Shown here: piece after piece, positions 52,695 through 64,000 of the stretch | How positions within the stretch are numbered: position 1 is the first letter of the stretch | How the letters are laid out: each line of letters starts with the position of its first letter | NCBI GenBank assembly: GCA_964057225.1 | Contig: OZ059896.1 | Location: forward strand, 10,664,001 to 10,728,000 | Direction: 5' to 3' | DNA from: Auanema rhodensis | Lineage: Eukaryota; Animalia; Nematoda | DNA: 64,000 bases | The notes under the pieces: model-generated | Seen by the model: only the letters and a program-made list of their open reading frames with translations | Databases searched by the model: none | What the model was told of the DNA's origin: nothing | Translations under genes and position numbers: made by a program

Positions 52695-53127
52695 ATGGCT
52701 GCTTCAGTGGAAAAAGGTGCTTCAGCCTTCAAGGCATTTAGGCAAGTTGTAAGTGAGCTAAGAAAAGTTGACAAGGTTAATCGTGCTTATTATGTAGTCT
52801 TTATTTTTTATGTTTAGACATTTTCCAATAAGTCTCCACAATATAAATATCTTAGTGATCAGATGCGGCAGCATCAAGTAACTCAAAGAATATTTTCTAA
52901 GGCACCGAATGAGGCTGAACATGTTACTCATTTATATGCCTCATATTTGTCTAGGTAATTACATAGCATATATATATGTATCAATATTTTTGTTTTTTTA
53001 ATTTTTCCATTTCCTCAGCACACGCCGATTGGCTGAATTGGAAGCAAAGTATAAAGGTGGAGAAAAGACAGTTGAAGAAAGCGCTAAGCTTGTTGGATTA
53101 GCTCTTCCAAAAAAACATGAATTATAG
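52695..53127 (+). CDS. FMC1: FMC1/C7orf55-like mitochondrial ATP synthase assembly factor, 3 exons
   Basis: FRQVVSELR…QYKYLSDQMRQHQVT…YKGGEKTVEESAKLVGLALP. Confidence 0.88.
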
Positions 53128-53645
53128 ATTTGTGTAATCTTAGAATATTAGAGAAAGTTCATATAAATATTTTAAAAATAATCTGTATAAGTTATGATCT
53201 AGAACTTTTTGTTACTTTATTCAGTGTTGAAACTACTTTTCAATGAATTTATAGATGACCGACCAAGAAACCATCGAAACGCTTTCAATAATAGTCTGGT
53301 TACGAATGGCCCAAAACGATGATAAAAGTTTAATTTTCTAATAATCTCTTAGAATATTCTCTGTGATATATCATTGGAGACATAATCCATCAACGCGTTT
53401 GTATAACGCTTAGAAAATAGCGGAGAACTGTATCAAAGGTGTTTCATTACTAAACAATGCTGATAACTTTAATAACTATTGAGATATAAAATACATGAAA
53501 GAACCTGCTGGCATGTATTTTAATTATGATTAGCAAGTGTACAATAAATATGAGAATTTTTTGTTTTTGTTTTGCATTTTGTGTTTTATCGCGTTATTAT
53601 TTAGAATATGTTATTGTTTATTTCAAATGTTTTAATAATTGTAGA

Positions 53646-56333
53646 ATGACAGAATACGAAGAAGCAGGGAACAAATATGCATATCTCCTTCAACCTCTTA
53701 AGGATTTGGATAGAAACTTCGCGATTGATATCGTAACACTTTTGGATGAATATGCAAACCAGTTGGAAGCTATGGCAAATGAAGAACAGTTCGAAATCGA
53801 TAATGCACATAGGTAGTCGTATTCTTACATTTCAATTTTGAACTGTTGTTGAAGGTTTAATTTCGCTGAAGCTGCTATGCTTATTCAAGGATCAGTTTGC
53901 GTTTTCGGGAAAAAGGTTGATCATGTATTCGCTCAAGCATGCAATTTCATGGAGACATTAAAAACAACTAAAAAACCCAAAAAAGGTATTGAAAACTTAT
54001 TTATTAATTTCTTTATTTGTTGTAGTTGTGAATGAGGACGATGAAGGATTTGAAAATGGATTTGATGATGATGATATAGCAGAACAAAATGAAAGAATGG
54101 CACTTTCCGATCCATGCGCTTTGCAGGATTTTAGGACTTTGAAATCAGCCAATATTTCCACTTTGGCAATGAAACGTGAGGTTTGCTTCAGGAATTGTAG
54201 TCTATATTTTCATCTTTCAGATAAATCTTCTAGTATTTCAACCATATCAGTTATGCCTATGTCACTTATGCCCTTGGCAGATTTTGAAAAGTGTAACGTG
54301 CCTATATACTCACATAAAAAAAGTAAGGATATTATTGGAAAGAAAGATGATTTCAAGATTAACACTGGTTATATGGGACCCAGGGTAATAAAGGCTTCTA
54401 TTTTGGTAATACATTTGTCTCCATTGTTTAGGGTGCTTTGCTATTGGATTTATTAAATGCACAAATTCTCGACGAATTTGCTAGTGATCAATTTATGCAG
54501 TTAGGAATGCACATGGATGATGAGGAGGAAGAAAAAAAAGGGGCTGAAGGTGACGCTGACTCCGGTCGAGGTTCCCCTGATGCAGATATTGACGCTGACG
54601 CTATGAATGAAAGTAAGATAATAAGCAGGAGTTGTTTAATTGTTGTTTAAAGTTGATATTCCTGATTATGATGGCGGGCGTCCATCTAATGTTATTGAGA
54701 GGTGTCGCCGTGGTACCGGAGAACATTTGGCAATTGGAAGGTGGGATACTTTAATCTGGTATAGTAGTATATAGTAGTCTTCAGACCAAGTACTGTTCTC
54801 AAAGATGATGACATGGGATGTGATGCTGCAAGTGATTTCGGTGGTGACGATGATTTTAATGATTCCATTCTCCAGCAGAAAGCAGATCCAGTATGAGCCT
54901 TACTTTATTTTTTATTTAAAAATATGTTTAGTGGGATGCATGTGGTGAATTTGAACCAGATCCATTCCAAGATTTGTATATGGATTCTTATGAAGAACTG
55001 AAATGGAAGCGTCATCCCGTGAAAGTAATTAGCTGTTCTACCAAATCTATCGCTATGGTTGAAAAGAGAAAGAAGGTATAGTATCATCAGGTGATAAATT
55101 TTATTAGGTTATACTTATATTTTAGCAAGAAAAAAAAATAACAGTTAAAGAAAGAACAATGCAGACCATTCAATATATTAATGAGCATTTTTACATGAAA
55201 TCTCATAAAGAAAGATTAAATCTTAACAAAGGAGATGATTGGGTTTGTGTATGCTTCTTATATGTTTTTTAAGTTACTTTTCAGGAAACTGATGCTCTGT
55301 TCCGCTATATAGTGCAACAGCAGAAGGAAAGAGCTATTGTTAAAAAACAAAAAAATGCCGCTCTAAAGGAGAAGGCTAAAAATAAAATAGCGAGGCAATT
55401 AGGTTTGATATATAACATTTCATATTTCTTTATTTTTTACATTTTTAGAAGAGGAAGAAGATATTTTGGGGGGAGCTTATGATGACGATGACGATGAAGA
55501 GCCGTTGGTGAGAAAATTCAATATTTAACTAGTTTAAGATTTATCTTGTAGCCTACAAAAGATATTGCTTCGACCCAAGCTGCGGGATCTCAACCACGTG
55601 TACTTTTCCAAGATATTGACGATGATGAGTTGAGAAATTCGATGAATATTCCATCTCTTTACATTGGTAAGTTTTTAAATCTGTTTCGTGTACTAATATT
55701 GTTAATAGGCAAGCAACCCACAACTGCAAACATTAATGATCATGGTAATGATGCTCATATTCCTCTCGATGATAATAGGCCTACCTCTGATATGACAACA
55801 GAAGAAATTCTTAACTTCTACATGCATAAGTGATATCTTTATAAATATATCTATCTTTTCAACTGCTCATTTAGGTATTGGACATCTGCTCAAGAAGCAA
55901 CATCGCGGCTAGCTGTACGTGTGCAAGAATGGGAAGAGCGTATGGTTCCATTATTAGAAGAAGAAGAAACACGGAAAGAATTTGACATTCATGAGTATGG
56001 TTCTTATGCTCTTGATTTGTTTGGCAAAGATGGAGAAACGAAAGATTTCTCTGAGGTGAAATTTTTTGGAACTCTTTTTATACTGTTGGATTTTTCAGCT
56101 TGTCGTGTCTAAGAGTTTTTATGAAATTAGCCGATACTTCCTGGCATCGTTAATGTTGGCTAATACATACAATTTGAAAGTAAGATTTTTTGAAATTCTG
56201 AACATACTTTTATTCTTTTTAGATCGAAGATAATCAACAACTTGGTCTGGGTATGGAAACTAATACAATGCGCGCAACACTGTTGAAAAGGGACAGACAT
56301 CATGAAGTGTTCAACCAAGATGGCGCTCTATAA
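53646..56333 (+). CDS. kle-2: Condensin II kleisin subunit CAP-H2, multi-exon
   Basis: KYAYLLQPLKDLDRNFAIDI, NFAEAAMLIQGSVCVFGKKVD, LAVRVQEWEERMVPLLEEEETRKEFDIHEYG, EISRYFLASLMLANTYN. Confidence 0.92.
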
Positions 56334-56550
56334 ACTTTTGATCTCTTTTTTTATATACTAATTATTTGTACTTGACATATCTTTGTATATTGCGAACTAT
56401 TCGTGTAAGTTGTTTGTCAAACCTTTGAGGTGTATATGAACCATTGGTTTGAATTTATTTTTTATCTGCCATTAACCTGTGCATCGTCGCTAATTACTTT
56501 TTATATTTTATATATAATGTGCACATCCAAATATATATTATTTAAGGAAG

Positions 56551-58107
56551 ATGGCTTTGTGGGTTGATAAGTATAGACCCAACCGTTTAGATGATCTGAG
56601 CTATCATAAAGATCAGGTATCATCAATGCGTTTTTATATCGTCAAATTAATGCTTAGATTGAACGATTCCGTGAAATGGTCAAAGAGGACAATTTTCCGC
56701 ATCTTCTTATATATGGCCCAAGCGGCGCGGGAAAGAAAACTAGAATTCGTTGTATTTTGAAGTAAGCTCTGATTTTGAACTGTTGACAAGTTATCTTATT
56801 TAAGCGAATTATATGGAGCGGGAGCCGAAAGATTACGCTTGGAATGCAAGAATTTCACAACCAACTCTGGGAAAAAAATTGATATTCAAACTTTGAGTAG
56901 TAACTACCATATTGAACTTAGCCCTGGGTACATCTCTATCTATAATTGTTTCAATATATATCTTTTAGTGATGTTGGAATATATGACAGAGTTGTTGTTC
57001 AAGAAATTGTAAAGCAGATGGCTCAATCATCTCAGCTTGATACTAGCCAGAAATCGTTCAAAGGTTTGCAGCTTTTGATAATTGAACTCTGAATAATTGT
57101 CAGTTTCAGTTTTGGTTTTGATGGAAGTTGATCATTTAACTCGTGATGCTCAACATGCACTCCGTAGAACCATGGAAAAGTATTCTGGAAATTGCCGTTT
57201 AATTCTATGCTGTGAGTCCTTGTCCAGAGTGATAGAACCTTTGCAGTCCCGTTGTGTAAGTATTCGTGTAGCTTCTCCTACAGATAATGAGGTTTGTATA
57301 CACCTGAATTTCTATCTTATATGCAAATTCAGATGAAATCGGTTATATCCAAAATTTCAACCAGCGAGAATGTTCAAATCCCGCCATTTGTGCTTAATCA
57401 AGTATGTGGCAATGGAGACTAATTTGTTATTTGTATTATTAGGTGATTGAAAAGTCTCGCGGAAATCTTCGTAGAGCTATTTTGATGATTGAAGGAGCGA
57501 AAGCGCAATGCTACCCAATGAAAGAGGAGCAAGTGGTATTATTTCATTTCTTATTGTTTTAAGAGTTTATCATCTTCAATAGGTGCCCGAGCCTGAATGG
57601 GAGCAGTATCTCCGAGGAACAGCGGAAATCATAATCAGGAAACAGAATAATGAATCCTTATTAGCTGTTCGTGAAAGATTGTATGAACTGCTATCTCGCT
57701 GCATTCCACCTAATCTTATCTTTGTTGTGAGTTTGTTTATGGAATATAACTTGTAGACAAGTATGCTAGAGCTAGCCTTTTTGGTTAGCATGTATGCTTC
57801 CGTAGCGCAGTAGGCAGCGCGTCAGTCTCATAATCTGAAGGTCGTGAGTTCGAGCCTCACCGGGAGCAATTGTTTTTGATTTTTTTTAAAATCATTCTAA
57901 AATTCAAGGTCTTATTTTTAGGAACTTGTTCGTTCTCTCGCACCTTATTGCTCGGTCGAAGTGTTTCGGCAAGCTATTATGGAAGCTGCCAAGTTTGAGC
58001 ATCGTTTGTGCAAAGGCCAGAAGCCAATTTTTCATCTGGAAGCTTTTGTAGCTGCTTTTATGGATATATATGCTTCTGATGTACAGACTAATGCTATGGA
58101 GCATTAA
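56551..58107 (+). CDS. rfc-3: Replication factor C subunit 3, multi-exon
   Basis: MALWVDKYRP, YGPSGAGKKTRI, LTRDAQHALRRTMEKY, PLQSRC, RGNLRRAIL, KPIFHLEAFVA. Confidence 0.96.
57796..57868 (+). tRNA. tRNA-Met (CAT), elongator type, inside the last rfc-3 intron
   Basis: GCTTCCG…CGGGAGCA acceptor stem, anticodon loop CTCATAA, GTTCGAG T-loop, downstream T-run terminator. Confidence 0.97.
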
Positions 58108-61100
58108 GTTCTTTTCCAGATTTAAAGTTTTTATCAAACGATGTATACATTTATCTTGTGCATACGAGTATTTTTTCTGAGTAGCTTCATTTTGTTGATA
58201 GCTCTGCATGTTCCAATTTCTTGTCCTCTTTTACTTCTTCCCCTTCGATCTCGGAAATAATTGACAGGATCATACATACCAATGTATCGTTTTTCTTAAC
58301 CTTTTAACTGAGTATACCGTTTTATTTTTGCAAGATAAATGATTAGATTGGTATTTTATGTTTTAAAAACGAACCGAAGAAGTTTTTTTGCTGTATTGTG
58401 TATGAAATATATTCATTTATATATACAGTTATGCATATAAAATAACTCATAAAGTTCAAACTAGCTAAGAACCTTATTCAAATTGAAAACGCTGAAACGC
58501 TAGCTAATTTGGCGCAGTTTCTCGAAATTAAATGAACTAGCCGTGGAACATCATTGAAGTATTCAACAGGATGAACAATCTCAAGGATCTATTTCACTGT
58601 GTGTTCGTCGATTCATTATCCTCTTATAACTGCTGGTACAAGCCACTTTGCATTTACCTAACCAAGCTGGAGAAGCATTATTGAGAGCGATCAAAAGTTG
58701 GAGATTTCGTTTTCTTTTTTTATAAATTTTGCTTTCAGCTGTAGCCAAAGTATTATTGCCTTTTCACTTGTGCTTATGTAAATATATGAATATATACAGC
58801 TATTTGAATATGATATATCTAAATAGTATAATATTTCCTTTTTCAATTAAAGGTTATAACTTTGGTTTTTGTTCTGTTGTTTTGAATTTATTTATTTGAT
58901 CAAATCATTTTAAAGGAAAGGCTGTTGTCTAACCAAGTTTTGTTTCTGACAGTTCAAAGATCCAGAAAGGTTGTTTGTACGAATCTCAGCGAGAATATAT
59001 GAACAAGTTGAAGTCATCAAAGGGTCTCAGATTAATCAAATTATCAATTGTTCCCTTAGTTTCTTTGTATGGCTATGTATGTTCTTCATCTAACGTCATC
59101 ATGTCTTAACAGATTTCTAATTTATCTTCTCATATATGGATATGATTTCATATCCATTCTTATATTTATTTTATAAAAAAAGAATTTAATAATAATAATA
59201 TAGTTAATTGAACAGTTTTCATTTATTTTCTAACTTTTAATGAAATATTTATAAAAACTATTTGAATATAGGTTAAACTTCAATGTTTCATGATAACAAT
59301 TGTTAAGAGAAATTAATGATTAAGGTCAAAATGAAAATCGAAGTGAAACATTTTTTTCTTGGAACAGTTGAGAATTGTGCCACATTACATTTGTTAAATT
59401 TAGCGCTTCTTTATATTTCTTAATCATCATACTTACGATTATCCTTTACGAAGTATCGAAAATCTAAATTCGGTTTCAATTTGAAATTTTCTTAATTGCT
59501 AAAGAATTAATTGAACATGATCCTAAAAGTATTCAAGATGAACATCTCAATTTTACGTTTCCTTTATCTCATAATCGAAAACATTCATCTTCATTCATTT
59601 TCCTCACGATGATTTATACTCAAACTTAAACATTTCAATTCAAAACCTGATGAGAAAGGATTTAGTCATCATTTCTTAATTTCTATTTTTTAACGAAACT
59701 TTGTCATTAATTACTAAAATAGAAAAAGTATAAAGATATTCAGTCAAAGTACTTTTACTATATCATTTTTTTAAATTTTATTTGAATTATTATCTATAAT
59801 AACAGCGAATATCATGTAAAGTCTTGTATGTGAATTGAATTCAACATATATAAGTAATACTTAAACTATCCATTTATCCTAATTTTTTGTTTAAATTATA
59901 ATCATAAATTACAAATATAATAAGGTATCCAATTCTATTCGGATAGGACTATATGTTAGCATTATTTCGGCTACTCTTATCATTTTCCTTCAACCTGGGT
60001 TACTGGCCTCAATTAGCCATTTTCTCTTTGGATGACAGTTATGTTTTCGCTTTCAAGTCTCTCTGTTACTACTGCTTTCAATATATATCTCCCTATCTCT
60101 CTCTCTCTCTCTTTCTCCCCCCCTCTCTTCAAACCTCCGAATTTCGTTTCTTATATACTTTCTTATTGTAGATTCATTACATTACCACGAATATATGTTA
60201 ATGAATTATATTAACTTTTCTTTATTTTCTATGAATACATCTTTAATTCCTTTTTGCTATAATTAAATTTATTTGTTCTTAATTTAGAAGCTTTCAAATG
60301 AAAATTGTTGAAATAAGTTTTAAAGGATAAGATGAACCTTATACTATTCATAATTTTCAATTTATTATGACAAAATGAATAATTGTATAGATTCACATTT
60401 TATATATGTCCTGTCTTTATTCTGAGATACTGGTATTCAATGTAATAACTGTTCTTTTCTTTAAAACTCTTTGTTGTAATGAGAGAATAACCTAATATAT
60501 GTATATATACATATATGTTTGTTATTTTCTTATTCAGTAAAAACTGTCATTAACTTGTCAATATTGACAGATGTGTCACAATATTTCTAAAATTAAGAAC
60601 TACTTATTTGAATTTAAATTTTGATTCATTATTGTCTAATTGAACCTGAGTTTCATTCCTTTATTCTCAGTATGATCATACAAGTACTAGACCTATCTGG
60701 CACAAATATCACGATCATTGATTAATGAATATCGTTTTAGATGCCTTGTTACCAATGAATGTTATTTGAAAATTGAAATCTGGGTCACTAGGTATCATGA
60801 GCGCACAAATGAAACAATGCAAAACCCACTATTAGACAATATAATTAAGAAAATGGTGTTTCATTCTAGACTTCTGTTACCTTTTTTCGTAATCATTTTC
60901 AATTTGGGGGGATTGTACAATCATGACACAAACAAATCAAACTTTCATGTTTTATGTAAGTTTATCATGCTTGGAATGTCGTTATTCCTATGATGTTTGA
61001 GAAATCTTTCAGTTCATTCATTTCATGACTATATTCTTGATATAAGATATAAGAGTATTTCATTATGGATTTAAGAGAGAAAAGAGAGAAACGAAGCGAG

Positions 61101-61422
61101 AAATGGAGGTGAATAGGATGAGATGATGAAAGAAAAGCGAGAAAGGGAGTGGACTGTTACGCTAAGACTATCAGCAGATATCACTTTTTGTCTTCATCAA
61201 CGATTGATGTAACCTCCTTTTTAAGACAGGACCACATTTTTTTCGAACTTTCCGTTGACTTTGGAAAATCTTCGTCATTTTAATCTTAAACTGGTGTACA
61301 TATAATTTTTTATTTTTATTATTTATTTATTTATTTATTTATATATTTTATTCTATAATATTAATAATAAAAATATTAATGTTTTTAGGTTTACTATATC
61401 TATGTGTCATCCCAGATAAACA

Positions 61423-64000
61423 ATGAAGTATTTCATAAAATTAGTTTTATTGTTATTTGGAATAATCTGGTCGGTTAAAACTGACGAAAGTGAGTTTAAT
61501 AATTATTAGGTACAAGCTTGTAATACAAAGAATATATTCAGCAAGTTGTGTTTTTCCTGAATCTGAGATTCGTCCTTTCTTCTTTGAAGTAGCTTCCGAT
61601 GTTCCAATTGGCACTGTAATAGTAGATACAACAATAGAACCGCGTGATGCTCATATTCGTCTAGCTTCTGTGCGATCCAATATTGAGACGAATGTAATTA
61701 TTTCATTCTTGTCTTAAAGAGGATTCTTCTATTTTCAGGCAAATTTCACTTCTCACCTGACTATTCGATCAAGTCCGTCACAAGGTCGATTTCAAGTCAC
61801 TACAACTGATTTACTTCATTTGGCGAAATATCCCGCGAAGGATGAGCAACAGTATCTGTATGTGACTGTGATTTGTAACCAAAGAGCATATCCATTGATA
61901 ACGATAAGCATTAAATCAGCTAACACTGGCCCTCCAGAGTTTTATGATGAGCCATATTCAGTTACTATTCCAAAGGTTTATTATAACTATTCATATTACT
62001 TATCCAAGCTAAATTTGGTTTAAGGAATTACCAGTTGGAACAGTTTTTAATATTCCTGCTGTTGCAATTGATTGGGATCCTTCTCCATCATATAACGTTA
62101 CTTATGAACTTGAAGTTAGTCAATTTACTTCTTCAGTACATTAATTTTGAAAAATTTAGGATTCTTCTATGTTTACTTTGGTTCAAACTAAGAAGAAAAT
62201 CTTACCAAAACTTTCTTTGGGTATCGAAGATTGGTCTGATGATCAAAAGCCTCCAAGACTACAGCTTAAAGTTGCAGCACCCCTAGTTCTTCCAACTAAT
62301 GTAACCTTAATAGCAAAAGTAATTTTCAATCTGGTTCATATGTGATTCACTATTTGCGTTTTAGGACATTGGCCAACCGCAAAAATCAACAACAGCATTC
62401 ATTAGTATTACAGAACAAAAACAAAAAGAGGTTATAGAGAAAAAGTCTGAAACTAGAGATGAGCATTTCAAAGCTCATGCTTCAAAAATTCAAGTAATAA
62501 TAATAATTTTAAAGAATAGAATCTCAATTTCTCTATTATTTATTTAGAAAACCCTTCCATTACGTTTACCAACTGTTGAAGAGACAGAGAACGACCAACC
62601 AGTATCCTTCTCGCAATGTCATGCAGCTGTAATTCTAAATGAAAACGCTCCTAATGGAACATTTGTAACAAAATTAGAACTGATTAACAAGAATGAGGTT
62701 TATATTTTAATATTAATTAAAAGAAATAATAATAATTCTAATTCAGCCTACTGAAATGGTACTGGAAGATCCAGAAGGCACATTTAGTTTGAATGAAAAT
62801 GGTGAAATTTATGTTAAAGATAACAGAATAATTGATCGTGAACTATTCTCAACACTTGAGATTGTTGCTGAAATTAAGGTTTTTAAGAATAGAATTTCTT
62901 TTTTTTTTAATTTAAAAATGATTATAGAATGCTCCTAAGAGATCTATGTGCAAAAGAATTCGTTTACGTATAGATATTCATGATGAAAATGATAATAGAC
63001 CAGTATTTGAAAAAGAACAGTAAGAATATTCTCATATAATATTATGTTTTAAAATATTTTAATAGATATTGGTATCATTTATCTGATACAATTGCTGATG
63101 GAACTGAATTTGCTACATTAAAGGCACGAGATATTGATGAGGAAAGTCTTAGTTTTATTATCTTCTCTTTTAAAAATTTTATTTTTTAATATTTTTTATT
63201 ATTTCAGGATGAAAATGGACATGTATCATATCGTCTTCTCAATGCTTCTTCTGTTCCATTCAGATTACATCTTCATGGTAGAGATGCAGTTCTTACAACT
63301 AATGGTTACATTGGAGATTCTGATGTATATCATTTGCAAGTTGAAGCTCATGATCATGGTGTACCACCAAGGTAATATTCAAATGTTTCAGTAATTCATT
63401 GTGTTTATTCTTTTTTAGAACATCTATTGCTCCTGTTGATGTATTTGTTTTATCTTCAAAGCCTAAAACTTCAACCCCAAGTTCACCTCAACAACACAAT
63501 TCAATTGAAATTGTTGAGAAAACTGAGATAGAAGAAGTTTCACAAGATAAAGCTGATAATGTCAAACCTAACCCAACTACAACTACCACCCCCACAACAA
63601 CAACATCGGTAACTACAACATCTAGAAAACCAGAAGTAATGATTCATGGTTCATAAGTTGTTACTTACTGACTTACTTCTAGATCCGTGTTACCCTCCCA
63701 CGTCAACAGGCTGCACCAAATTTTGTCATCAATGACGTTAATACTGGTGATGAAACAATTGAATCAGCAGAATATATTGATGAAGAAGATTTGAAGGTTT
63801 GAGAGAAAAACTGAATAAACAACTGTTTTGATAAAATTAAGACCAGTGATGATTTTGGATTTACTTCTAATCATTATTATTATGAAGTATTTGGAGATCC
63901 AAGTGAAGATGATTTAATTGGAAGAGTTCTAGCTGAGCCTAATGCTCAAATGTATGGCATTGATAAGAAGGTTTGTAATAACAGTATAAATGAATGATTA
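61423..64000 (+). CDS. Cadherin-repeat protein, 5' part; runs off the window
   Basis: Signal peptide MKYFIKLVLLLFGIIWSVKT; cadherin motifs PEF…YSVTI, AIDWD, LNENAPNGT, IDRE, DENDNRPVF, ARDIDE, AHDHGVPP; Thr-rich linker. Confidence 0.88.

Noticed and set aside
1-64000. Telomerase RNA or telomeric repeats near trt-1
   Set aside because: By eye I found only single GCCTAA/TTAGGC hexamers and no 1.5-repeat template; ACCTAACC near 58656 fits TTAGG, not the usual nematode TTAGGC, and is expected by chance

Overview
AT-rich eukaryotic DNA with many 40-55 nt introns and C. elegans-like genes, most likely a rhabditid (clade V) nematode. Hand-spliced gene models, in order: a small single-pass PY-motif protein, PLPBP/PROSC, an orphan RVxF-motif protein, myo-inositol oxygenase, a DHS-28-like peroxisomal dehydrogenase ending in SKL with no SCP2 domain, a SEC14/GOLD protein, a small unknown protein after a ~12 kb non-coding stretch, a TTBK/CK1-family kinase, SAS-6, a CRIP/EXC-9 LIM protein, two tandem HTP-1/2-like meiotic HORMA genes, a multicopper oxidase, telomerase reverse transcriptase, FMC1, condensin II kleisin (kle-2), rfc-3 with an intronic tRNA-Met, and the 5' part of a cadherin. 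A ~6.5 kb mobile-element island (13.6-20.2 kb) holds the 3' end of a BEL/Pao retrotransposon with an extra Zn-knuckle ORF, a Maverick/Polinton-like terminus and protease fragment, an intact intron-containing chymotrypsin-like protease whose 3' end is triplicated (3 x 316 bp), a second BEL/Pao LTR+gag, and a mariner remnant. Best leads: the putative Maverick-cargo protease, the retrotransposon accessory ORF with its own promoter, and the HORMA pair with a homogenised core but divergent tails. All identifications are by eye; no database searches were run.
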